Below, piece after piece: positions 35,344 through 44,147 of a stretch of 64,000 nt of DNA. Each line of letters starts with the position of its first letter. Position 1 is the first letter of the stretch. The stretch comes from a virus. The notes under the pieces were generated by a model, which had not been told where the DNA came from, did not search any database, and saw nothing but the letters and a program-made list of their open reading frames with translations. The position numbers and the translations under genes are program-made. The DNA is taken from positions 33,887-97,886 of IMG/VR virus record IMGVR_UViG_3300025684_000015; one strand, written 5' to 3'.

Positions 35344-36281
35344 ATATTTTTATACACATATTCAATGGCACGATCAGCTTCTTTGTCCATTGGTCTGTTT
35401 TTATACCAATTACCAGTTTCTTCATCAAATTGGCGACAGAGCTGAGATACTTCATCAGACGTAATAGCATATCTCTTATCAATCGCATGCCCAGCAACTG
35501 CTACCATAATCTGGTACATTTTATGATACCAACCAGTTCTACTTATGCTAGAATATTCTGCAGCTAGATTTTTTGGCCAGAATGGGCAATCATGGTAAGA
35601 TGACCAAGTAAAACTAGCATCTAATTTAGCTTTACGATGCTCAACAATTTGTTGTTGCATAGACTCTGGTAATCTATCAAAGAAATTATTCAATGAAGAT
35701 TTTTCTGGCATAGGATGTTTAAAGATTAATTCATCAGGGTCAATAGGTTCACGAGCATCACTATTGAAAATAAAATTGTTAGCACCAGCGTAGTTCGCAG
35801 GGATGTAATACATCCGTGATAAATCTTTAGTTTGTCTATCTCCGAGATTTCCGAGCTCTGTTTGTAGTGCATACCAAAATTTTTTGATTCGATCTCCTCG
35901 CACAGCTTTCGTAAGTGGAAAGACAAGACGGAACTTCGGAAAATCAATGGTGCTGCTAGCAGTACTATAGCAAATAAACCGAAAATTAGGAAATCTACTG
36001 TATAACTCATCTTTTAAATCTCCATCGCATACAAATTCATCGACATCAACTGCACACCAGCCACTCCACTCTAATACATTATCATTTGCTCGGGTAGTCC
36101 CCACCACATAGGTGGCTGGAGACATAAGTTCTGCATCTTTTTTAGTTGCTAATTTTCTTTCTGAAAGATCAAATAAGACTCTTTCAAATGAATCAAAATC
36201 TTTTAAGTCAACCCGTTTTTCAGTTTTATTATCAAAAATGCTATTAAAGAGCGTTAGTGATATTGCCGATGTTGTCGACAT
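35340..36281 (-). CDS. Archaeo-eukaryotic-primase (PrimPol)-like protein
   Basis: AVDVD (DxD), YSTAS...PKFRLVFPL, KDLSRMYY; helical C-terminal domain. Confidence 0.7.
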   Translation of the reverse strand: MSTTSAISLTLFNSIFDNKTEKRVDLKDFDSFERVLFDLSERKLATKKDAELMSPATYVVGTTRANDNVLEWSGWCAVDVDEFVCDGDLKDELYSRFPNFRFICYSTASSTIDFPKFRLVFPLTKAVRGDRIKKFWYALQTELGNLGDRQTKDLSRMYYIPANYAGANNFIFNSDAREPIDPDELIFKHPMPEKSSLNNFFDRLPESMQQQIVEHRKAKLDASFTWSSYHDCPFWPKNLAAEYSSISRTGWYHKMYQIMVAVAGHAIDKRYAITSDEVSQLCRQFDEETGNWYKNRPMDKEADRAIEYVYKNM

Positions 36282-36666
36282 GCGTAGGTGCCTCCCATCC
36301 TTCAGGCTTAATCAAATCAGGCAATCCCAAAGGATTTGGTCTTTCTTTCTTTTCGCCTGGAGTCTTAGCCATATTTGCAGTATGGACTCTATTCCAAGCA
36401 CGATAAGAATTCACACCAAAAGCATCTAGTGTGCCAATAGCAACAACGCATAGATCAATAAGACCATCAACAATTTCATCTGGATCTTTATCTTCATTTA
36501 CTGCTTTTTGAGTTTCTGCCAATTCTTCTTCAAGAAAGGCCATACGAAATTTCAAAAATTTAGACATTAGTTCTTTATTATCTAAATTCTTATCTACCCA
36601 ATCATGCACACCAAACTTAACATGCATATCATTAATATCTTTTACCCAATCATTACTCATCTTCAC
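36244..36666 (-). CDS. MazG-like/PRA-PH NTP pyrophosphohydrolase (candidate dCTPase)
   Basis: EEELAE, EIVDGLID, VH.ANMAK, KPEGW..P. Confidence 0.85.
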   Translation of the reverse strand: MKMSNDWVKDINDMHVKFGVHDWVDKNLDNKELMSKFLKFRMAFLEEELAETQKAVNEDKDPDEIVDGLIDLCVVAIGTLDAFGVNSYRAWNRVHTANMAKTPGEKKERPNPLGLPDLIKPEGWEAPTHVDNIGNITNAL

Positions 36667-36886
36667 CTCTTTTAAGCGGAGTTACATTATTAGTATATTG
36701 TACATCATCTTGATCGAAAAGTAAACAACTATTTTCAGGAACCTGATAACCCAAACTCTTTAAGAAATCAGTGTACGCTTCAAGCATTTCATCTAATGTT
36801 GCTTCATCTTTTAATTCAAAAGTAATTTTTCTTTGAGCAGTATATTCTTCATGTAGTTCTGGGCATTCCCATGTAAAAGTAATCAT
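36653..36886 (-). CDS. Hypothetical protein
   Basis: TLDEMLE.Y.DFLKSLGY pattern. Confidence 0.6.
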   Translation of the reverse strand: MITFTWECPELHEEYTAQRKITFELKDEATLDEMLEAYTDFLKSLGYQVPENSCLLFDQDDVQYTNNVTPLKRGEDE

Positions 36887-39372
36887 ACAAAAAAGTCCTC
36901 TAAGCTTGCGACTGGTTCTGGTGTCCAGCCAACAGCATCCAATATTGGTATTAATGGTTCTAGAAAAGATTTTGAAAACTGCAAATCATAATCTACATAC
37001 TTATTTAAATGTAATTCAGATGGTAAAACATCTGGAAAAGCAATTACATTTTCTTGAATAGCATTAGGCATTTTCATATATGTGAAATAAATCCTACTAC
37101 CATTTGTTATCAATTCATATTTATTCTTTAGTTTATTGTCTTTGATTTGTTTATTATATAAGATCGATCCACGCACATGAATAGGCGTACCTTTCTTATA
37201 TAGTTTTTCCCGATCTGCCCATTCGGTAATATTAGAAACAGATCGAGGAAATGCGACTTTTTCAGGAGATAAGCTATTAAATGTATTTTTAAAGTCTCGT
37301 ATAAAAGCTTGAGTATCTTCTTCACCACCTGAAATAATAACTTTGAAGATATCTTTGAATTTATTACGACAGACTTCTGGAGTAGAGGATTTAATAGCTT
37401 CAATACCCATGATCTTAAGTTTAGGCTCAGCGTATTGTACACCTTCATTATTGTGTACATTTAGAATGTAGCGCTTCTTTGCTGTCCATATACCACGGTC
37501 AGCGATAACTTCTCTACCCATTTCCATACGAGGTTTATGGCAATTCATCTTATTAAATAGCGCGTCATATGCAACAGATATTTTAGGCTCAAAGAATTCT
37601 TTACAAATCTTATCAAGAAATTGCACTGGATTTTTTGGATTAAAGTTTTTGACAAGTGAACTAAAGTTAACATATAGTGAATCTGTATCAATTGCAATTA
37701 CATAATCAATACCTTCAGTCTTAAGTACTTCATTCATTGCTTTATTTACAGCGATCTCAGCCCATTGAATAGCCAATTGCCCTGTTAATGTTACACCTTC
37801 AGCAAGACGAATATCAAAGTACTTAAACCATTGATTGCCTAGAGCTCCATAAAGAGAGTTCATAAGAATTTTAATAGCCATTTGCTGATTATTTAATTTA
37901 TTGATCTCTTTTTCTAAAGCATTAGTTTTATTTTTTTGATAGTCTGATTCAGCTGCCAACATCATATTCTTAATAGCACGACGTTCGTCATAATAGTCTT
38001 CAATGATTCGAGGAATAACACCATCTTTGTCTTTACGATAAGTAGATCCATTAGCAGCAACTGTGCCTTCATGAATAACTTTTTCTGATTTTAAATAGTA
38101 CTCTACACCTGAGTTTTCTGATTGATCAATAAGTGTTTCGGGTGACATATTCCACTGAACAATAATGTTCGGGTATAGACTATTTAAATCAAAAGAAACA
38201 ACCCAGTCATGCGCACCCACTTGTGGCTCTTTTACATATCCACCAGCAAACTTTGTTTTACCAGTGTCTGGTTTATTTAAAGGTGGAATTGTTTTTTCTT
38301 GTTGAAGTTTACGATAAATGATTGATTCCCAAATAGCGGTGGTACCCATTGTATCACCGTAATTGACACCACCCTTATATGCCATAGTCATAGCAAGAGT
38401 AATCAAACCCATTTTATCTTCAAAGCGCTCAATTAACTCAACGTCTTTCATATTATAATCAATATAACGTTGAAAATCTTCTTTATATAGATTTTTTAGT
38501 GAACCAGATTGTTCGTACGAAAGTTTTTCATCACCAAGTACAACATTAGCAATATGGTTTAGTTTATAAGATTCTTGAGCACCATAAGAATAACCAAACT
38601 TTTGAAAGAGTTCTAGATAATCTAGTTGACTAATACCCTTAATGTCATACGTATCTTCAGCTTTACCACGACGAGTAACTTCTCTATAGTCAACTAAACC
38701 CCATGGTGAAAACCTTTTAATAGCTCCAGGACCTAAAATTTTAGCTGTACGATTAATTAGATATGGAACATCGAAAAAGCGAACATTCCAACCAGTAATC
38801 ACATCTGGGCATACCGATTCACTAGCCCAAAAGTCAAGAAACTTTGTAAGCAGACTAACTTCATCGCGACATCGATAATAAGCAACTGGTTGAATAAGAG
38901 ATTTTTCTCTATCAAAATCACCATATGCCCATACACGATATACATTATCTTTACTGGATTTATAGGTAATAGAAAGAATACGTTGAGAAGCTTCATTTGG
39001 ATGTGGAAACCCATCTTCATATTCTGTTTCAATATCAAATGTACCTACATCAATAAGCTCGCGCTTAAATTCAATTTCGCGTGGGAACTTTTGAGTAATA
39101 TATTGCTGCAAGTAATTTTTGTTACCAAAGATATATCGGCCTGCAACTTGTTCATTCATTTGAAGCCATTCTTTAGCTTCACGCATACTATCAAGTTCAA
39201 TAGGCGCAACTGGCCGATCATTTAATGTTGACCAGCCAGTTTCTTTTTGGGACTGCACATAAAATACTGGTTTAAAATCGTTATCGCGCTTATAGATTTT
39301 TTTACCATCTGAACTATAACCACGATATAATATTGAATTACCATAACGAACTACGGACGTATAAAAAGACAT
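36883..39372 (-). CDS. gp43: Family B DNA polymerase (T4 gp43)
   Basis: FDIET exonuclease, SFDLNSLYP, KILMNSLYG, DTDS, KKRY; start reassigned to MSFYT. Confidence 0.98.
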   Translation of the reverse strand: MSFYTSVVRYGNSILYRGYSSDGKKIYKRDNDFKPVFYVQSQKETGWSTLNDRPVAPIELDSMREAKEWLQMNEQVAGRYIFGNKNYLQQYITQKFPREIEFKRELIDVGTFDIETEYEDGFPHPNEASQRILSITYKSSKDNVYRVWAYGDFDREKSLIQPVAYYRCRDEVSLLTKFLDFWASESVCPDVITGWNVRFFDVPYLINRTAKILGPGAIKRFSPWGLVDYREVTRRGKAEDTYDIKGISQLDYLELFQKFGYSYGAQESYKLNHIANVVLGDEKLSYEQSGSLKNLYKEDFQRYIDYNMKDVELIERFEDKMGLITLAMTMAYKGGVNYGDTMGTTAIWESIIYRKLQQEKTIPPLNKPDTGKTKFAGGYVKEPQVGAHDWVVSFDLNSLYPNIIVQWNMSPETLIDQSENSGVEYYLKSEKVIHEGTVAANGSTYRKDKDGVIPRIIEDYYDERRAIKNMMLAAESDYQKNKTNALEKEINKLNNQQMAIKILMNSLYGALGNQWFKYFDIRLAEGVTLTGQLAIQWAEIAVNKAMNEVLKTEGIDYVIAIDTDSLYVNFSSLVKNFNPKNPVQFLDKICKEFFEPKISVAYDALFNKMNCHKPRMEMGREVIADRGIWTAKKRYILNVHNNEGVQYAEPKLKIMGIEAIKSSTPEVCRNKFKDIFKVIISGGEEDTQAFIRDFKNTFNSLSPEKVAFPRSVSNITEWADREKLYKKGTPIHVRGSILYNKQIKDNKLKNKYELITNGSRIYFTYMKMPNAIQENVIAFPDVLPSELHLNKYVDYDLQFSKSFLEPLIPILDAVGWTPEPVASLEDFFV

Positions 39373-39394
39373 ACTTTCTCCATCACAATCAATA

Positions 39395-39429
39395 AGTATA
39401 TTATACACAAGTTTACAGCAAATGTAAAC
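39395..39429 (-). promoter_or_regulatory. Early-type promoter upstream of gp43
   Basis: TTTACA-17-TATAAT-ATACTTAT, same core as repeats but without hairpin. Confidence 0.7.
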
Positions 39430-39609
39430 CTATTTTTTCACATCAATGTCTTTTATTGCAGTATCACATTGTTGGCAACATTCTGGTGTACCACATTTGT
39501 CGTGAACTAAATCACCATCTACACCAAAAATTCTTTCCCAATTTTTTGAGTATGCGTCGGTATCTACTATTGGTCTTAGCTTAGATCCCTTACCATTGGT
39601 TGGTGTCAT
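39430..39609 (-). CDS. 59-aa Cys-rich small protein
   Basis: MTPTNGKGS...NWERIF...HDKCGTPECCQQC; ATGA overlap with peptidase stop; below ORF-track cutoff. Confidence 0.6.
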   Translation of the reverse strand: MTPTNGKGSKLRPIVDTDAYSKNWERIFGVDGDLVHDKCGTPECCQQCDTAIKDIDVKK

Positions 39610-40070
39610 TCATTAATACCTTCCGCATAGACAGTTTTACCATTTACACGCGAGGCTGTTAAAATAGACTTACGATTTTCGCCATCTGCTCTGTATGAAA
39701 CGTGTACCCAACCGGAATCAGGAATTCCTGGTGTATAGAATTCTAGAATAACTTGATCAAAGTCTAAATTATCTACAATCCAGTTTGCTAAGTCTGCGTT
39801 AGCTACTCCTGGAACTTCAATGTCTGCGGCTTGGCCTTTACAGTGTTGGCTAGTAGCGGATCCACCCACAGCTTCATTCAATTCAGGACAACGATATCCA
39901 CTATTCAGAACTGTAGGACCAAAATGATCACGCACTTTCTGTACAACATTTTCAAAAAGTGCTACAGCAGCATCAAGGTGTTCTCCTTGAGGGGTATTAT
40001 CAATGCCTTTACGCTCAGCGGTTTGAGACTTTGTAAATTCGGCCATTGAGAAATTTTTAGACAGTTTCAT
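39606..40070 (-). CDS. Peptidase M15A (candidate endolysin)
   Basis: SGYRC..LN..VGG..TSQH..G.AAD, WVHVS. Confidence 0.9.
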   Translation of the reverse strand: MKLSKNFSMAEFTKSQTAERKGIDNTPQGEHLDAAVALFENVVQKVRDHFGPTVLNSGYRCPELNEAVGGSATSQHCKGQAADIEVPGVANADLANWIVDNLDFDQVILEFYTPGIPDSGWVHVSYRADGENRKSILTASRVNGKTVYAEGINE

Positions 40071-40091
40071 GTTATCTCCTATTAGAAAATG

Positions 40092-40116
40092 AAAGGGAGC
40101 CCAAAGACTCCCCTTT
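40092..40116. terminator. Stem-loop terminator
   Basis: AAAGGGAG...CTCCCCTTT downstream of hsp20 operon. Confidence 0.55.
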
Positions 40117-40131
40117 ATTTATTCACTAGTT

Positions 40132-40347
40132 TTATTTATTGTCTATAATACGCCGGACAATATCGTGATGCGATACATTTTTAAAATCATTAGTATGATC
40201 TTTTAAATATGTCGCAGTTTCCCACGCCGCTTGCATGCGCCGTGCTTCCATGAGGCTATTTAAAAAGCCACCAAAGAAATTAATTACCGGCATTACCATT
40301 TTCTTCAGTGAGAAAGTGGGTCTCCGGAACGCTACTTGTGTTTTCAT
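40132..40347 (-). CDS. Small hypothetical protein coupled to hsp20
   Basis: GAGG RBS inside the hsp20 3' end. Confidence 0.55.
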   Translation of the reverse strand: MKTQVAFRRPTFSLKKMVMPVINFFGGFLNSLMEARRMQAAWETATYLKDHTNDFKNVSHHDIVRRIIDNK

Positions 40348-40783
40348 TTGAGTTTCCTCGTAAGGTTGAATTGATTTCGATTTTACGAGGACGCATTTCT
40401 TCTGGGACGACTACTTCTAAATAAATAGCAAGAATACCGTCTACTAGATCTGCTCCATTTACTTGAACATATTCAGACATCCGAAAGGTTTTTTCGAACT
40501 TCTTAGTAGAAATACTTTTGTGAATGTATTCCCTACCACGATTTTCATGGTTACCTCTTACCTTCAATGTTCTATCTTTCACGTCAATTTCTAACTCATT
40601 GAGGTGGAAACCTGCAACAGCTAATTCAATTGTATATCTAGTATCGTCTTCTTTTACGATATTATGTGGAGGATAGTTATCTTTTGAATGTCTAGCCACT
40701 CGGTCAAGCTCATCAAATAAATGATCGAACCCAACAAACGCTGAACGTGGAAAGAGAGTATGTACACCTTGTGTATTAGTCAT
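40280..40783 (-). CDS. hsp20: Small heat shock protein Hsp20 (IbpA-like)
   Basis: VGFDHLF, YPPHNI, IELAVAGF, GADL.DGIL, VPEE.RPRKI; start MTNTQ behind AGGAGG. Confidence 0.95.
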   Translation of the reverse strand: MTNTQGVHTLFPRSAFVGFDHLFDELDRVARHSKDNYPPHNIVKEDDTRYTIELAVAGFHLNELEIDVKDRTLKVRGNHENRGREYIHKSISTKKFEKTFRMSEYVQVNGADLVDGILAIYLEVVVPEEMRPRKIEINSTLRGNSNENTSSVPETHFLTEENGNAGN

Positions 40784-40843
40784 TATTGACCTCCTATTTA
40801 AAGCAAGGTTATGTTTTAAGACCGGCGCTATTCGCCGCATCCG
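40784..40843 (-). promoter_or_regulatory. ROSE-type RNA thermometer in hsp20 5' UTR
   Basis: ACCUUGCU pairs with AGGAGGU leaving a bulged G (UYGCU motif); upstream CGGCG/CGCCG hairpin. Confidence 0.75.
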
Positions 40844-40873
40844 TTATTATATATACGAGAATCTTATGAGATT

Positions 40874-41407
40874 TTAATTAGATTCTAAATATTGTACTAA
40901 GTTTTCTGGTTTGGTTTCACCATATGGATCTGTATCTTCACCGTCGTTATTGATACCTGGCTCTTGCCACCATTTTTCAATAACACCATCGTTGAATACA
41001 CACATATAGCGCCATGATCTGTTGCCAAATCCTAAATGGTTTTTACCAATAAGCATGCCCATGAATCGAGTAAAGTTACCAGATCCATCAGGAATTACTT
41101 TTACGTTCTGAATATTCTGAGCTTTAGCCCATGCGTTCATAACAAAAGCATCATTGACAGAAATGCAATACACTTCGTCAATACCTAAACTACGAATTTT
41201 ATCATAGTTCTCTTCAAAACCTGGAAGCTGATACGTAGAACATGTTGGTGTAAATGCTCCAGGTAAACTAAAGATTGCTACTCTTTTTCCTTTTAAGAGA
41301 GAATCGCTTGTTACATCTTCCCAGCGATATGGGTTAGGTCCTTCTATACTTTCATCACGAACACGAGTTTTAAACACCACGCAGGGTGCTTTAAAGCCTT
41401 CAATCAT
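40874..41407 (-). CDS. Peroxiredoxin (Prx5/PGdx type)
   Basis: SLPGAFTPTCS, SVNDAFVM.AW, RSWRY. Confidence 0.95.
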   Translation of the reverse strand: MIEGFKAPCVVFKTRVRDESIEGPNPYRWEDVTSDSLLKGKRVAIFSLPGAFTPTCSTYQLPGFEENYDKIRSLGIDEVYCISVNDAFVMNAWAKAQNIQNVKVIPDGSGNFTRFMGMLIGKNHLGFGNRSWRYMCVFNDGVIEKWWQEPGINNDGEDTDPYGETKPENLVQYLESN

Positions 41408-41408
41408 T

Positions 41409-41819
41409 TTACTTATTACCTATATTATATTTTGGACATAATTCCCAGTTGTTTTTATCCTTAAACGGGATAATTTTAATCTGACGAAGAGGGGCAACTG
41501 GTTGAGCTTGTGCCTTATCGTCAATTGTAATAAGACCCCAATCACTCATAAGAGTTGCGATCGTATTACGTCTAGCAATATCATTTTCTTCTAAGTTGGA
41601 TTTTTTACCATCAAGGAGAAATAACTCCTTAAAATGAACGATAAAATATCTACCTTGCTTATGTAGAATATGACAAGATTGAAATAGTTTATTTTCTTTT
41701 CTAGAAGCCACACCGATTCGAGTAAGTGTTTCACGCACTTTTAAGAAATCATCGGGCTCGTTGAGGGTAACCTCTAGCATATGGCCAGGGTTCCAATCAA
41801 TTAAATTATTTTCTTCCAC
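41409..41819 (-). CDS. regA: Translational repressor RegA
   Basis: DFLKVRETLTRIGVAS, QSCHILHKQG.YFIVHFKEL. Confidence 0.97.
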   Translation of the reverse strand: MEENNLIDWNPGHMLEVTLNEPDDFLKVRETLTRIGVASRKENKLFQSCHILHKQGRYFIVHFKELFLLDGKKSNLEENDIARRNTIATLMSDWGLITIDDKAQAQPVAPLRQIKIIPFKDKNNWELCPKYNIGNK

Positions 41820-42189
41820 CTTTATAAACCTTTGTTTTTAAGTTTGTTATTTGGTCTGGCGATAGAAGAGATAGTACTTGGCGGGCTTTTTCGTTGCTAT
41901 AACCATAATACTGTTTAATTACTTCCACGTCATCGATATTATGGGCTTTCACCCATTTAGAAAATCTTTTTTTCTTCCTAATCATATTTATAAGAAAGTC
42001 GTTTTTAAGAAGATTATCGATTTGGTGGTAGCGATTCATCTCGTTAGCAAACAAGACAGTGTCATGGAAATAAGATAACCCACGGTTAACCATAAACCCA
42101 TTATATTCTTTTTCGCTGATGTCATCAACTATTAGCTGTTCTTTAGTATAGTTGATAGCATTAAGGTAATCAAACGGAGATTTCGACAT
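41806..42189 (-). CDS. gp62: Clamp loader small subunit (gp62)
   Basis: Position between gp44 and regA; FMVNRGLS, KRFSKW, YYGYS.EKA. Confidence 0.92.
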   Translation of the reverse strand: MSKSPFDYLNAINYTKEQLIVDDISEKEYNGFMVNRGLSYFHDTVLFANEMNRYHQIDNLLKNDFLINMIRKKKRFSKWVKAHNIDDVEVIKQYYGYSNEKARQVLSLLSPDQITNLKTKVYKGGRK

Positions 42190-43099
42190 TGGCCATAATC
42201 TCCGTCATACACGCAACTACGTTTAGTTCATGATCAGCAACAAAAGCTTGTTTATATTGATAATCTGCTAGAATAAGAACTAATTGCGGAATTGAGTGTG
42301 GTTGAATATTAGAATTCATACGATCATAAATTGCTCTAAAGATAGCAGACGCATCAGTATCAATATTATTTGCTACCCACGTACGCATTCCTTTAAAGTT
42401 TTTATCTTTTAGTTGCTTAAACAACTCATCGTAATTATCTGCACGAGCAACAGAATGAGTAATACCAGTTAAAGACTGGCGTTGTAACTCATTTAGAATA
42501 CGACGTAAATCTGGTGCAAACTTCATAATAATTTCTGCAACAGCTTTTTGTTCGTATTCAACACCCTCGGTTTTGAGGATACCTTCTACGCGTTTCATAA
42601 ACTCCATAGCAATATTTGGTAATGCTTTTTTAGAAATATTAAATTCATATACACCACAACGAGAGTGCAATGGCTCAATAATTCTATTTTTGAAGTTACA
42701 CGTAAGGATAAACCTGCAGTTATTGGCAAACTCTTCAATAAAACCACGAAGAGCCGGTTGTGTTGACTGCGGGTTCAAGTAATCTGCCTCATCAAGGATC
42801 ACAACCTTATAACCACCTTGTAGTGAGACAGATGACGCGAACTGCTTGATCTTGCCACGGAGGGTTTCAATATTACCTTCCTCAGATCCATTAATTAAGA
42901 TCCAGTCGAGGCCAAGTTCATTACAAAGAGCTTTGGCCACCGTGGTCTTACCAAGACCTGCTGTACCAGTAAACAGCATATTGGGCAGTTCGCCAGATTC
43001 AACAATTTTAGTAAAAGTGTTTTTTAAATCTTCGGTAAGTACACAATCAGAAATAGTTTTTGGGCGATACTTTTCTACCCATAAGAAATCATTAGACAT
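42170..43099 (-). CDS. gp44: Clamp loader ATPase subunit (gp44)
   Basis: LWVEKYRP, G.GKTT, LDEAD, SRC. Confidence 0.97.
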   Translation of the reverse strand: MSNDFLWVEKYRPKTISDCVLTEDLKNTFTKIVESGELPNMLFTGTAGLGKTTVAKALCNELGLDWILINGSEEGNIETLRGKIKQFASSVSLQGGYKVVILDEADYLNPQSTQPALRGFIEEFANNCRFILTCNFKNRIIEPLHSRCGVYEFNISKKALPNIAMEFMKRVEGILKTEGVEYEQKAVAEIIMKFAPDLRRILNELQRQSLTGITHSVARADNYDELFKQLKDKNFKGMRTWVANNIDTDASAIFRAIYDRMNSNIQPHSIPQLVLILADYQYKQAFVADHELNVVACMTEIMANVEISV

Positions 43100-43123
43100 T
43101 CACGTACTCCATAATATAAAGAA

Positions 43124-43150
43124 AAGTTGAGGGGCTAACCGTGGCCCCTC
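43124..43150 (-). terminator. Stem-loop upstream of gp44
   Basis: GAGGGGC...GCCCCTC followed by a T-rich stretch on the minus strand. Confidence 0.45.
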
Positions 43151-43193
43151 GCGCGCGTATTAAGTCGCGACACTATCACCACCATGGGAGTGG

Positions 43194-43406
43194 TTATTCA
43201 TCAGTTTCAGCATCAGCCATGGCTTGTTCTTGTTCAAGATTTTCTACAAGCTGAATGACTTGAATACACTGATCACGTAGTCCACCAATGGTAGACAGTT
43301 CTTCACCTTTAAAGGCACCACGTTGTGTCATTGCATCAATAACAGCTACGGTTGACCGCGCTGATTTATTAGCAACATCACTAAGTTGTTGAACAGTTTC
43401 AGACAT
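43194..43406 (-). CDS. Hypothetical protein
   Basis: VID...QRGAFKGEELS.IG.LRD; start MSETVQ. Confidence 0.6.
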   Translation of the reverse strand: MSETVQQLSDVANKSARSTVAVIDAMTQRGAFKGEELSTIGGLRDQCIQVIQLVENLEQEQAMADAETDE

Positions 43407-43407
43407 A

Positions 43408-44097
43408 TTATACTCCAAATGTTGAGGTTTTTTCAAGTGCGATCCAGTATTTTACTGGAGTTGATTTATTACTAAACTCTGAGATGAGCTTAGAAGAAAT
43501 CTTAACGTCATAATCTCCGGGAAGAATTTTAAGATTGCTAATGCTAAGAATAAAATTAAATGCTGCGCCTTCTGTATAGTTGCCATCAATATCAATTGAA
43601 AATACATTAGACGTAGTATTTTTCGAGTCAACCACAGAGAGATTAATTACACCATCACTTGGTGTGATTGATACTTCTCCATGACCTAGAGCAGATGCCG
43701 CACGTTTTACTTTATTTAATGTGTCATTATCTAAAGTAAATGAAACTTCCGCTTCAGGCATCTTAATATCTTTTTGCGGAGTAGTCAAAGTTTCTTCAGC
43801 TGAGAAAAAGTATTTGACTCGAGATCTACCAGAAGAATCAGAAATGCGAACATGTCCTTCATCAAACTGCAGATTAGGTGCATCAACAAGCCCAAGCACG
43901 CTGATAAATTCATTTAGATCATAGATACCAAAATCTTTTGAAAAGCTTTCGGTAACTTCGGCTGAAGCTAAAACATTACGAGCTTCAGAGATAGTTTTGA
44001 TTGTAGTGCCTTCACGAATCAAAATATTCTGGTTAATACCAGAAAAGTTTTTTAATACCGATAGGGTGTTTTCACTTAGTTCCATTATATACTCCAC
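43408..44097 (-). CDS. gp45: Sliding clamp (gp45)
   Basis: LS..TL.VLKNFSGIN, FGIYDLNEF, YWIALE; start probably 44085. Confidence 0.95.
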   Translation of the reverse strand: MEYIMELSENTLSVLKNFSGINQNILIREGTTIKTISEARNVLASAEVTESFSKDFGIYDLNEFISVLGLVDAPNLQFDEGHVRISDSSGRSRVKYFFSAEETLTTPQKDIKMPEAEVSFTLDNDTLNKVKRAASALGHGEVSITPSDGVINLSVVDSKNTTSNVFSIDIDGNYTEGAAFNFILSISNLKILPGDYDVKISSKLISEFSNKSTPVKYWIALEKTSTFGV

Positions 44098-44107
44098 GTT
44101 TCAATAT

Positions 44108-44143
44108 ACTTATATTATACACAATTTTCATAGGTTTGTAAAC
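44108..44143 (-). promoter_or_regulatory. Early-type promoter upstream of gp45
   Basis: TTTACA-17-TATAAT. Confidence 0.65.
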
Positions 44144-44147
44144 AGTT

